DNA of 64,000 nt from an uncultured Candidatus Rokubacteria bacterium (GTDB lineage Bacteria; Methylomirabilota; Methylomirabilia; Rokubacteriales; DASRDR01), in contig CAWDVE010000012.1 of NCBI GenBank assembly GCA_963805625.1, forward strand, positions 96,001 through 160,000. Direction: 5' to 3'. This document shows positions 30,282 through 39,359 of this stretch, in pieces (position 1 is the stretch's first letter; each line of letters starts with the position of its first letter). The translations under genes and the position numbers were made by a program. A model generated the notes under the pieces. It saw only the letters and a list, made by a program, of their open reading frames with translations, was not told the origin of the DNA and did no database searches.

Positions 30282-31283
30282 GTGAACCGCCGTACGTTCG
30301 TGGCGGGCTGCCTCGGTCTGCTGGGCGCACCACTCGCCGCCGAGGCGCAGTCGGCGGGAAAGCGATACCGGATCGCGTTCCTCTCGAACGATGGACCGCT
30401 CCCGACGATGTGCGTCCCCGACCCGAGCGACGTGGGATTCCGAGGCTTGCGAGACGGGCTTCGCGAGCTAGGCTATCGGGAGGGTGTCCAGATCACGTTC
30501 GAGTGCCGCTCGGCCGAGGGCAATTACAGTCGGCTGCCCGAGCTCGCCCGCGAGATCGTCCGGGCCGGTCCGCACGTGATCGTCGCTTCCTCCTCCCCGG
30601 CGTCGCTGGCCGCAAAAGCGGCGACCGGCACGCTTCCCATCGTGTCCGTGTACACGGCGGATCCTGTCGATCTCGGTCTGGTGGCGAGCCTGGCGCGCCC
30701 GGGTGGAAACGTGACCGGCATCTCGGCGCTCGCGGCAGATTATGTGGCGAAATGCTTGCAGCTCTTGAAGGAGACGGTTCCTCGAGCCACGCGCATCGGC
30801 GTGCTCGGGCACGGTGAGAATCGGACCTTCCGTATCTACCAACGGGAGCTGGAGCCCGCCGCGACAACTCTCGGGCTGCATCTCAAGTTCCGCCGGCTGG
30901 CGAAGGTCGAGGACATCGACAGCGACGTTGCCGCGCTCGCGAACACGGCCCCCAGCGCGGTGCTCGTGATGCACCAGCCGTTCACGTTCGTGCACCGGGG
31001 ACGGGTCGTTGAAGCGCTCGGCAAGCGACGTCTCCCCGCGATGTTCGGGAGTCGTGAAGCGGTCGAGGCAGGCGGGCTGATGTCCTACGCCGCCAGCGTG
31101 GGCGAGGTGTTCCGGCGGTCGGCCGTGTACGTCGACAAGATCCTCAAGGGCGCGAAGCCCGCCGACCTGCCCGTCGAGCAGCCCACCAAGTTCGAGTTGG
31201 TCATCAACAGGCGGACCGCGAAGGCCCTCGGGCTCACGATCCCGCCGGCCGTGTTGGCGCGGGCGGATGAGGTAATCGAGTAG
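30282..31283 (+). CDS. ABC transporter substrate-binding protein, array copy 4
   Basis: Same family motifs; starts immediately after the previous stop. Confidence 0.92.
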   Translation: MNRRTFVAGCLGLLGAPLAAEAQSAGKRYRIAFLSNDGPLPTMCVPDPSDVGFRGLRDGLRELGYREGVQITFECRSAEGNYSRLPELAREIVRAGPHVIVASSSPASLAAKAATGTLPIVSVYTADPVDLGLVASLARPGGNVTGISALAADYVAKCLQLLKETVPRATRIGVLGHGENRTFRIYQRELEPAATTLGLHLKFRRLAKVEDIDSDVAALANTAPSAVLVMHQPFTFVHRGRVVEALGKRRLPAMFGSREAVEAGGLMSYAASVGEVFRRSAVYVDKILKGAKPADLPVEQPTKFELVINRRTAKALGLTIPPAVLARADEVIE

Positions 31284-31353
31284 TGGACCGGCGCGCCTTT
31301 GTCGTTGGCACCCTCGGCCTCCTCGCCGCGCCGTTCGCTGCTGAGGCGCAGCC
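31283..31353 (+). pseudogene. Orphan SBP signal-peptide segment (5' end of an emptied array slot)
   Basis: Translates VDRRAFVVGTLGLLAAPFAAEAQP, then diverges from the family. Confidence 0.8.
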
Positions 31354-31415
31354 AGAGACAAAGAGGTCGCCTACTGCACGCTTCACAGATCAACTTCATC
31401 AGAGGCAGGGCCTCC

Positions 31416-31874
31416 ATGCCTGAGATCAAGACCGAGTTTCTGTTCACGATCGCCTTTGAAGTTCAAGTCTTCAACCTCGGCGACACGCCCCATGGCGGCC
31501 GGCGCATCGTCCGGCTCGGTACCGGCAGCTTCGAAGGACCGAAGCTCAAGGGCACGGTGTTACCGGGCGGTGGCGGCTGGTCGCTCATGCGCCGCGATGA
31601 TGTGCTGGAGATCGGCGGCCACGGCCTGGCCCTCGAGACGGACGACAAGCAGCACATCTACATGACCTGGAAGGGATTTCGCCACGGCCCGAAGGAGGTT
31701 ATTGATCGTCTCAATCGCGGTGAGACGGTCGACCCGGAGACGTACTATTTCCGCACCACGCCATACTTCGAGACGAGCTCGGAAAAGTACGGCTGGATGA
31801 ACCGCATCTGCTCGATCGCCTCCGGCTCGCGCACGGCGAGCGGGCGGACCTTCCAGGTGTTTCAGGTGTTGTAA
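31416..31874 (+). CDS. DUF3237 domain protein
   Basis: GDTPHGGRRI, GSFEGPKLKGTVLPGGG, LETDD, YYFRTTPYFET...YGWMN. Confidence 0.85.
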   Translation: MPEIKTEFLFTIAFEVQVFNLGDTPHGGRRIVRLGTGSFEGPKLKGTVLPGGGGWSLMRRDDVLEIGGHGLALETDDKQHIYMTWKGFRHGPKEVIDRLNRGETVDPETYYFRTTPYFETSSEKYGWMNRICSIASGSRTASGRTFQVFQVL

Positions 31875-31901
31875 GGGGATGCAGGTATGAGCTGCGGACC
31901 C

Positions 31902-31976
31902 CTCAAGACCTCGAAGGCCCTCGGCCTGACGATCCCCCCGGCGGTCCTCGCGCGGGCGGATGAGGTCATCGAGTGA
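31902..31976 (+). pseudogene. Orphan SBP C-terminal segment (3' end of the emptied slot)
   Basis: Translates [24 protein letters not shown] and overlaps the next start exactly as intact copies do. Confidence 0.85.
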
Positions 31977-32947
31977 TGGACCGGCGAGCCTTCGTCGCTG
32001 GCACCCTGGGCCTCCTCGCCGCACCGCTCGCTGCCGAGGCGCAGTCGGCGGTGAGAACATACCGAGTTGGCCTCCTCGCCGGAGGATCGCCGCCGTCCCA
32101 CCGTGCACCATTGACGGAGGCGTTGCGCGAACTGGGGTATGTCGAGGGCCAGAACCTTCTCATTGAGAGCCGCTACGCGGAGGGGCGGCCCGAGAACTTG
32201 CCCAGCCTTGCCGCTGACCTGGCCCGGCTGAAGGTGGACGTGATCGTGACCGTCGCGACGCCCGCAACCGCAGCGGCCAAGGATGCCACCGCCACGATCC
32301 CGATCGTCATGACCGACGTGGGGGACCCTGTAGCGACTGGACTCGTCGCAAGCCTCGCTCGACCGGGTGGGAACCTCACGGGACTGTCGATTGCGGGGTC
32401 AGCGATCCCCAAGAAGGCGTTGGAGGTGCTCAAGGAAGCGGTGCCCTCCCTGACCCGGGTCGCCGTCGTCAGGAACCCGACCAATCCTGCGCAGGAACTC
32501 GGCTATCGGGAGATGGAGGCCCCCGCGAAGGCTTTGGGTGTCGCGCTGAGACCGATCGATGGGATCTCGGGGGCGGATCTCGACCGTGTCTTCACCGACG
32601 TCCGTGGGCACGATCCTGACGCGCTTCTCGTTCTGCCACTGCATGCGAGGCTCTCCGACCTGCGGAAGATCGCGGCCTTCGCGGTGAGGAACCGATTGCC
32701 GGCGTCCTCGCTGCAGGCCGGGTCTGCGGAAGCTGGGTTCCTTATGGCGTGCTTCCCCCGAGCGGGCCATCGCTTTCCCCGTGTGGGCGTGTACGTCGAC
32801 AAGATCCTGAAGGGCGCGAAACCCGGTGACCTGCCGATCGAGCAGGCGACCGAGTTCGACCTGGTCATCAACCTGAAGACCGCCAAGGCGCTCGGCCTCA
32901 CGATCCCGCCCGCGGTGCTGGCGCGGGCGGATGAGGTCATCAAATAA
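31973..32947 (+). CDS. ABC transporter substrate-binding protein, array copy 5
   Basis: Family motifs as above. Confidence 0.92.
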   Translation: MMDRRAFVAGTLGLLAAPLAAEAQSAVRTYRVGLLAGGSPPSHRAPLTEALRELGYVEGQNLLIESRYAEGRPENLPSLAADLARLKVDVIVTVATPATAAAKDATATIPIVMTDVGDPVATGLVASLARPGGNLTGLSIAGSAIPKKALEVLKEAVPSLTRVAVVRNPTNPAQELGYREMEAPAKALGVALRPIDGISGADLDRVFTDVRGHDPDALLVLPLHARLSDLRKIAAFAVRNRLPASSLQAGSAEAGFLMACFPRAGHRFPRVGVYVDKILKGAKPGDLPIEQATEFDLVINLKTAKALGLTIPPAVLARADEVIK

Positions 32948-33918
32948 TGGACAGGCGAGGTTTCATCGCTGGCGCCGTCAGCGCGCTCGCCGCGCCGCTT
33001 GCGACCGACGCGCAAGAGCCCACGGCGGCTCACATCGGGATGCTGTCGTTGGCCAGCCCGGAAAGCATGAGCCCCCTGTTGGGCGCCTTCAGGCAAGGAA
33101 TGCGTGAGCTGGGGTATGACGAGGGTCAGAACCTGACTATTGAGGTCCGCTATGCTGCGGGAAGGGCTGAACGACTCCCCGCTTTGGCAGCGGAGTTGGT
33201 GAGCCGCAAAGTGGCAGTGATCGTGGCGGGCTCATCGCAGGCCGTTAGTGCGGCCCAAAGGACAACGACGGTTATTCCGATTGTTGCAGCAGGCGGCGAC
33301 TTGCTGGGCATTGGCGCGGTCAAGAGCCTGGCGCGGCCCGGCGGCCATATTACCGGGCTATCAAATCTCACGACCGATTTCATCCCCAAGCTCCCCGAAC
33401 TTCTTCTGACTGCAGTGCCGAAGCTCTCACGTGTGGCCGTGTTGTGGAATCCATCCCACACGAACCCCACCGTGTTGAAGAAGCTTCAGATGGCGACACG
33501 GCAGGTGAGCGGAAACTCTTTCCTGATGGAAGCGCAAACGCCCTCGGATATTGAGAACATGTTTGCAGGCACGCGCGAGCAACATATTGAGGCGGTCATC
33601 GTTTCGCCTGATGGATTTTTCCTCCAGCAAGCGAACCAGATCGCGGGTTTGACGACGAAATATAGACTACCCTGCATATCTCCGTACCGCGAAATCACTG
33701 AAAACGGCGGTTTGATGAGTTACGGCCGAAATGTCGCCAAGAGTTTTCAACGCGCGGCAACGTATGTGGACAAGATCCTGAAGGGCGCCAGACCGGGCGA
33801 CCTGGCCATTGAGCAGCCAACGACGCTCGAGCTGATCGTGAACCTGAGGATCGCCAAGGCCCTCGGCCTGACGATCCCACCCGCGGTCCTCGCGCGGACG
33901 GACGAGACCATCCAGTAA
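32947..33918 (+). CDS. ABC transporter substrate-binding protein, array copy 6
   Basis: Family motifs; the centre is visibly AT-richer than the ends. Confidence 0.92.
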   Translation: MDRRGFIAGAVSALAAPLATDAQEPTAAHIGMLSLASPESMSPLLGAFRQGMRELGYDEGQNLTIEVRYAAGRAERLPALAAELVSRKVAVIVAGSSQAVSAAQRTTTVIPIVAAGGDLLGIGAVKSLARPGGHITGLSNLTTDFIPKLPELLLTAVPKLSRVAVLWNPSHTNPTVLKKLQMATRQVSGNSFLMEAQTPSDIENMFAGTREQHIEAVIVSPDGFFLQQANQIAGLTTKYRLPCISPYREITENGGLMSYGRNVAKSFQRAATYVDKILKGARPGDLAIEQPTTLELIVNLRIAKALGLTIPPAVLARTDETIQ

Positions 33919-34893
33919 GTGGACCGGCGCGCGTTCGTCGCTGGTACCCTGGGCCTCCTCGCCTCGCCGCTCGCCGCCGACGCACAGCAGGCGGCGGGGA
34001 GGATCTACCGCATCGGCTTCCTCTCGACCTCGGGTAGCGGGGGAGCCAACCTGCGGAGGACCTTGCTCGATGGCTTACGGGAGTGGGGCTACGTCGAGGG
34101 CCGGAATCTCGAGGTCCTGCTTCGCCATGGGGATGGCAAGATCGACCGGCTGCCCGAGGCGGCGACCGAGCTCGTGCGCGCCAGGCCCGACGTCATCATC
34201 ACATCCATCAACGCCACGACGCACGCGGCCCGGAAGGCGACGCAGACCGTTCCGATCGTGATGGTCATCGGGAGTGACGTCGTCCGGCAGGGGTTCGTCG
34301 CGAGTCTGGCGAAGCCGGGCGGTAACGTCACCGGGCTGACATTCGAGGCCGACACCGGACTGATGGCGAAGCGCTTCGAATTCGTGAAGGAAACGATCCC
34401 TGGGGTCTCGCGCATCACGGCCCTGTGGGACCCCGGGCAGGATGCCGCGTCCGGCAGGTCCCGGTTGGAAGAGGCTGCGGCGGCCGTGAGTGCGCGCCTC
34501 ATCCTCCTCGAGTTCCAAGATGATCTGGACGCGCTGTTCGCCACGGCGGTGCGGGAGGGCGCCCAGGCCCTCGTCACCGGCGGTGGTGCGCGCATGTTCC
34601 GTCGCCGCCAGGAACTCGTCGACTTGGCGGCGAAGAATAGGCTGGCTGACTTCCATTACACGCGCGAATTCGTCGAAGCGGGCGGCTTGATGTCCTATGC
34701 GCCAAGCCTACCCGGGAACTACAAGCGCGCCGCCACCTATGTCGACAAGATCCTCAAGGGCACCACCCCCGCGGATCTGCCCGTGGAGCAGCCCACGCAG
34801 TTCGAGCTCGTGATCAACCTGCGGACCGCGAAGGCGCTCAGTGTCACGATCCCACCGGCGGTGCTCGCGCGAGCGGACGAAGTGATCAACTGA
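33919..34893 (+). CDS. ABC transporter substrate-binding protein, array copy 7
   Basis: Family motifs; GTG start directly after TAA. Confidence 0.92.
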   Translation: MDRRAFVAGTLGLLASPLAADAQQAAGRIYRIGFLSTSGSGGANLRRTLLDGLREWGYVEGRNLEVLLRHGDGKIDRLPEAATELVRARPDVIITSINATTHAARKATQTVPIVMVIGSDVVRQGFVASLAKPGGNVTGLTFEADTGLMAKRFEFVKETIPGVSRITALWDPGQDAASGRSRLEEAAAAVSARLILLEFQDDLDALFATAVREGAQALVTGGGARMFRRRQELVDLAAKNRLADFHYTREFVEAGGLMSYAPSLPGNYKRAATYVDKILKGTTPADLPVEQPTQFELVINLRTAKALSVTIPPAVLARADEVIN

Positions 34894-35039
34894 CCGCCCT
34901 CGCCCTCGGCCCCGCGTATCGCAACCCGGCGCTTGCATGGCGTCGAATCCGCGCGGTTAGGGGACCGCCTCGCCCCGCAGATTCACATGTGGACCTACGG
35001 GAGGATCGAACCCTCGCACGGTGACTCCTCATCCCGGCT

Positions 35040-35060
35040 GGTATGATGTACCATCATACC
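35040..35060. promoter_or_regulatory. Palindromic operator upstream of the TA operon
   Basis: Perfect inverted repeat GGTATGATG-TAC-CATCATACC, 14 bp before the antitoxin ATG. Confidence 0.7.
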
Positions 35061-35074
35061 GGAGGGTGCCTTGG

Positions 35075-35317
35075 ATGCCAAAGACGAAAGTCGCCATCAC
35101 ACTTGACACGGAACTCGTGCAGAACCTGGACGATCTCGTGGCACAGCGACGGTTCGCCAACCGCAGCCAGGCGATTGAAGCCGCCCTCGCGGAGAAGCTG
35201 GCCCGCCTTGCCAAGACGCGTCTCGCACAAGAGTGCGCGAAGCTTGATCCCGCAGAGGAGAAAGCGCTGGCGGAAGAAGGCCTTGCGGGTAGCGCCGAGA
35301 CATGGCCCGAATACTGA
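35075..35317 (+). CDS. CopG/RHH family antitoxin
   Basis: KTKVAITLD...NRSQAIEAAL ribbon-helix-helix; overlaps the toxin gene. Confidence 0.85.
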   Translation: MPKTKVAITLDTELVQNLDDLVAQRRFANRSQAIEAALAEKLARLAKTRLAQECAKLDPAEEKALAEEGLAGSAETWPEY

Positions 35318-35640
35318 GGGGCGAGATTCGCTGGGCTGACCTCAACCCGGTGCGCGGTCGCGAGCAAGCTGGTCTCCGGCCTGTACTGATCCTGAGCCAC
35401 GACGTGTTCAACGACCGATCGGGCACCGTCATCGCCGTCGCGCTGACCAGCCAGGAGCCCCGCGCCGGCTTCCCGCTCACGCTAGAGAGCAAGGCTCCTG
35501 GCTTGCCGAAGCGCTCCTGGGTCAAGATCAGTCAGATCCGCACGCTCGCGGTGGAACGCATTGGCCGACGACTTACGCGAGTGCCCGACGAGGAACTCAC
35601 GCGGGTCGTCGAAGGGCTGAACGAGATCATCGCGCCCTGA
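35302..35640 (+). CDS. mazF: PemK/MazF family endoribonuclease toxin
   Basis: RGEIRWADLNPVRGREQAGLRPVLILS, QIRTLAVERI. Confidence 0.9.
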   Translation: MARILRGEIRWADLNPVRGREQAGLRPVLILSHDVFNDRSGTVIAVALTSQEPRAGFPLTLESKAPGLPKRSWVKISQIRTLAVERIGRRLTRVPDEELTRVVEGLNEIIAP

Positions 35641-35865
35641 TCTCAGATATCGCCTCCCACAACCGGGCGATGCCGCGCTCAGCGGTCCGTATCCCGATAG
35701 GTTCCCCGGCAGGCCACCACGAAGCTCGCCGAGTTCGTAGCGGCCCAGCCCACCGAGGCGAAGGTGGTGCCCCTCGCCCGGGTGGCTCAGGCTGGGGGCC
35801 GACGAGAACCCGGACAATTCTGGTGCGGGGTCGGGGAAGAGCCCTACGGAAGTACGCGGAAAGGC

Positions 35866-35909
35866 TGGCGCGCCTGGAGGGAATCGAATCCCCGACTCAC
35901 GGCTTAGAA
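35866..35909 (-). repeat. att copy of the tRNA-Arg 3' half (middle)
   Basis: 44 bp with 2 mismatches to 63535-63578. Upstream AAGTACGCGGAAAG is also shared with the tRNA flank at ~63518. Confidence 0.9.
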
Positions 35910-36099
35910 AGCATGCGGGTTGTCGAAGAATAGCGCCCCGCAATCGCAACTTACGCCGCGCCATTGTTGGCGTATCGTCGCCTCATGCGGCGGCCGAGTG
36001 GTGGCCGAGTAGGGGCCGAAATATGGCCGTCTGGCGACGGCGTAAGCGACAGCTCGGGGCCAGGCGTCGGCGCTAAGAAGGACCGACTGCGCGACCCGC

Positions 36100-36340
36100 G
36101 CGCGCCGTGATAGATGACCAAGTTGACCGCGGGCCGAGGCGTGATCGCCGCGAGCTTTTCCATGAACTCAATCGGGTCGAAGACCAGATGGGACGGCCCG
36201 GAGCCGCACGCGGTCTCGGGCCAGCGGGGGACGGAGAAGATAGCGGCCGAGCTGTTCCAAGCATCCTGCCGTAAGCGCCTGCGTGTGATTGCCACGGTGG
36301 CGGACCCCATCGCCGTGCGTCAGATTCTCGCCGCCCCGGC
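36100..36340. pseudogene. IS91-like (Y2) transposase remnants on opposite strands
   Basis: Minus strand: LVFDPIEFMEKLAAITPRPAVNLVIYHG. Plus strand: CRKRLRVIATVADPIAVRQIL. Confidence 0.6.
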
Positions 36341-36513
36341 CCCCCAACGTCTGGGTTCCCCCGAACGATCGCGTCCGCCTAGCGGCTGCGATAGATCGGC
36401 GCCGGAGGCGTCACGATGCGTCGCGGATAGCAGAAACGCGGGCGGGATCGTGGGCGCAGTGGACCGGCCACGGCTTGGACGCGTCCAGGGTCACCATGTT
36501 AACGTGACGGGAC

Positions 36514-38184
36514 ATGTCCGGCCGGCCGGTGATCCTCGTGGTCGACGACGACCCCGCCGCCCTCGCGCAGCTGCTCGATGCGCTGGCCCGACGCTATGGC
36601 AGCGACTACCGGGTCGTGCCAGAGATCTTGGCCAGCGCCGCGCTCGCCGAACTCGCGCGCCTGAAGACGGAGGGCGAAGACGTCGCGCTCGTGATCGCCG
36701 ACCAGTGGATGTCGGAGATGCAAGGGATCGAGCTTCTCGGTCGCGCCCATCAGATTCATCCCGCCGCGCAGCGCGCGCTCGTCGTCGAGTGGGGTGACCG
36801 GTCGGCCTCCGAGACGATCCTGCACGGCTGCGCCTTCAACCAGATGGACAACTACTTACACACGCCCTGGTCGCCGCCCGAGGTGTATCTCTATCCCTTC
36901 ATCAACGAGTTCCTGGCCGACTGGACGCGCGCCCACGGCCCGGGCATGGAGCTGGTGCGGGTGGTCGGGAGCGCGGCCTTCCCCCGCACCAACGAGATCT
37001 GCGAGTTCCTCGTGCGGAGCGGCATCCCGCACGGCTTCTACCCGGCCGATTCCGAACCCGGGCAGCGCCTCCTCCGTCAGGTCCCGCCCGCGGAAGGCGG
37101 CCGCCCGGTGGTCTTCCTGCTCGACGGGAAGTCGCTCGTCGACCCCTCGAACGCGGCCATCGCCGACGCCCTCGGCTCCACCGACGCCACGGACCACACC
37201 TGCGACGTCGCGATCGTCGGCGCGGGCCCGGCGGGGCTCGCGGCCGCCGTCTACGCCGCATCGGAGGGATTGCGGACCATCGTGATCGAGCGCGAGGCCG
37301 TGGGGGGACAGGCGGGCATGAGCCCGCTGATCCGGAACTATCTCGGCTTCCCGCGCGGCATCAGCGGCGCCGAGCTCGCCCAGCGTGCCTACCAGCAGGC
37401 GTGGCTGTTCGGCGCCAAGTACGTGCTCGCGCGCGAGGTGATGGCCCTCCAGGCGCGCGGCGGGCGCCGCGTCCTCACGCTGTCCGACGGCACCGAGATC
37501 AGCGCCAGGAGCGTCATCATCGCGACCGGGGCCGCCTATCGGCGACTCGGCATTCCGTCGCTCGACCGGCTTGAGCGCGCCGGCATCTTCTACACCGGCA
37601 TCGTTGCCGATTCCCGGTTCGTCAAGGGCGCCCACGCCTTCGTCGCGGGTGGCGGCAACGCCGCGGGCCAGGCGACCGTGTCGCTGGCGAGATCGGGGGA
37701 CCGGGTCACGTTGCTCGTCCGGGGCGAAAGCCTGGCCGAGGACATGTCCGACTACCTCGTGCAACAGATCAACGAGCTGCCGAACGTCGACGTCCGGCTG
37801 AGGACCGAGATCGTGGACGGATCCGGGGAGAGCAAGCTCGAACGCCTCGTGCTCCGTGATCTCTCGACGGGCAAGACCGAGTCCGTCGAGGCCACGCTGC
37901 TGTTCGTGCTCATCGGCGCGGAGCCACACACGGGCTGGCTCGCGGGGACGGTGGAGCGCGACCCGGAGGGGTTCATCCTGACCGGCCGCGACCTGAGGAC
38001 GGACGGCTCACGGCTCGCCGGGGAGCGCGCGACACTGCCGTACGAGACGAGCATGCCGGGCGTGTTCGCCGTGGGGGACGTGCGGGCGGGCTCCCTGAAG
38101 CGCGCGGCCTCGGCGGTCGGCGAGGGCGCCGGTGTCGTGAGCGCGGTGCACGAGCTCCTCGCCGCCTCGCCGGTGACGGTCTAG
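36514..38184 (+). CDS. Response-regulator receiver domain fused to a thioredoxin-reductase-like FAD oxidoreductase
   Basis: ILVVDDD...ADQWM receiver domain; IVGAGPAGLAAAVYAASEG, GGQAG, IRNYLGFP, ETSMPGVFAVGDVR. Confidence 0.88.
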   Translation: MSGRPVILVVDDDPAALAQLLDALARRYGSDYRVVPEILASAALAELARLKTEGEDVALVIADQWMSEMQGIELLGRAHQIHPAAQRALVVEWGDRSASETILHGCAFNQMDNYLHTPWSPPEVYLYPFINEFLADWTRAHGPGMELVRVVGSAAFPRTNEICEFLVRSGIPHGFYPADSEPGQRLLRQVPPAEGGRPVVFLLDGKSLVDPSNAAIADALGSTDATDHTCDVAIVGAGPAGLAAAVYAASEGLRTIVIEREAVGGQAGMSPLIRNYLGFPRGISGAELAQRAYQQAWLFGAKYVLAREVMALQARGGRRVLTLSDGTEISARSVIIATGAAYRRLGIPSLDRLERAGIFYTGIVADSRFVKGAHAFVAGGGNAAGQATVSLARSGDRVTLLVRGESLAEDMSDYLVQQINELPNVDVRLRTEIVDGSGESKLERLVLRDLSTGKTESVEATLLFVLIGAEPHTGWLAGTVERDPEGFILTGRDLRTDGSRLAGERATLPYETSMPGVFAVGDVRAGSLKRAASAVGEGAGVVSAVHELLAASPVTV

Positions 38185-38253
38185 GGCGACCGCGTCCGCA
38201 GGCGCGCTGGCGGGCTCGGCCTCGCTCACCCGTGTGCTGTCCCGGCGCCAGGG

Positions 38254-38390
38254 TTACGCGTCCCCGACGTAGACACGCCGGAAGTGGGGCTCGGCGAGCA
38301 GCGTCGCCGCGGGCCGTCCGCCACGATGCGACCTTCCGCCAGCACGTACGCGCGTCCCGCCACGGCCAGGGGGGTGCGCATGGCTTCGGC
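38254..38390 (-). pseudogene. LivF-type ABC ATPase 3' remnant
   Basis: LAVAGRAYVLAEGRIVADGPAATLL...RRVYVG. Confidence 0.55.
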
Positions 38391-38520
38391 CTCCCAGGTC
38401 TCGGAGCGTAGAAGCAGTGCGGGTAACGCGGGGCCCGATGCTACGGTGGCCCCTCTCCACCCGTCAATGTGACCAACTGGCGCGCGAACCCCCGGAACGG
38501 GCGGGCCGGAGTGCGCCCCG

Positions 38521-39265
38521 TCACCCCAACTGCCCGCCGGTCACGTCGATGGTCACGCCGGTCACAAAGTCGGCGTCGCGGGAGGCCAGGAAGCAGATGA
38601 CGCGAGCCTGATCCTCGGCCACGGCCACCCGCCCGAGCCGAGTGCGCGCGGCTTCCGCGGCGATCTGGTCGGACGTGCGGCGGACGCGCAGCCGCTCGGT
38701 CAGGGTGAGGCTGGGGGCGATGGCGTTCACGGAGCTCCAGGGACAGTTTTCGTGTGAAGGCGATGATGCCACCCTTGGCGGCGGCGTAGACGCTGCTGCT
38801 GTTGGCGGCGACGCCGCGCCCGGCGATCGAGGAGATGTTCACGATCTTGCCCGAGCGCTGGCGCTTCATCACGGGCACCACGGCGTGGCAGAAGAGGAAC
38901 GTGCCGTCCAGGTTGAAGGTGATGACGCGATGCCACTCCTCGAGCGTCAGCTCGTCCGCGGCGGCGGCCGGGCGCTCGATGATGGTACTGCCGCCCACGG
39001 CGTTGACGAGGATGTCGATCCGGCCGTGCGCGCGCACCACCGCGTCGACCGCGGCGGCCACTTTCGCGCCATCGAGCGCATCGGCCACCTGTACCTCGGC
39101 CCGGCCGCCGCCCTGGCGGATGCCGTTGACGACCTCCTCGAGCCGGGCCTTGTCGGGATCTACCCCGACGACCACGCCGCCTTCGCGGCCGATGATCTCC
39201 GCCGTCGCCCGACCGATCCCGCTGCCCGCCGCCGTGATCAAGGCCACCCTGTCCTGAAACCTCAT
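38521..39265 (-). pseudogene. SDR oxidoreductase with an internal deletion/frameshift near 38730
   Basis: TAAGSGIG, ILVNAVG and YAAAKGG in one frame; VNAIAP...ADFVTGVTIDVTGG in another. Confidence 0.8.
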
Positions 39266-39359
39266 GGACGGACGCCGCCTCTCCCCGCCACGCCAACACC
39301 GGGCGTGGCGAGCATAGGCGCGGCGGCCGCCGTCCTCACTGGCTCTCCTTGGTCGACCC

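Larger units (their letters stand above)
26799..35909. mobile_element. Degraded tRNA-Arg island C carrying the SBP array and a TA pair (no integrase left)
   Basis: Bounded by att copies. AGAACCCGGACA occurs near both ends (26957-26968 and 35805-35816). Confidence 0.7.

Noticed and set aside
27145-34893. Integron or CRISPR interpretation of the periodic array
   Set aside because: No attC (RYYYAAC...GTTRRRY) sites, IntI, cas genes or short repeat-spacer units are visible. The repeats are coding termini with ~1-kb period.
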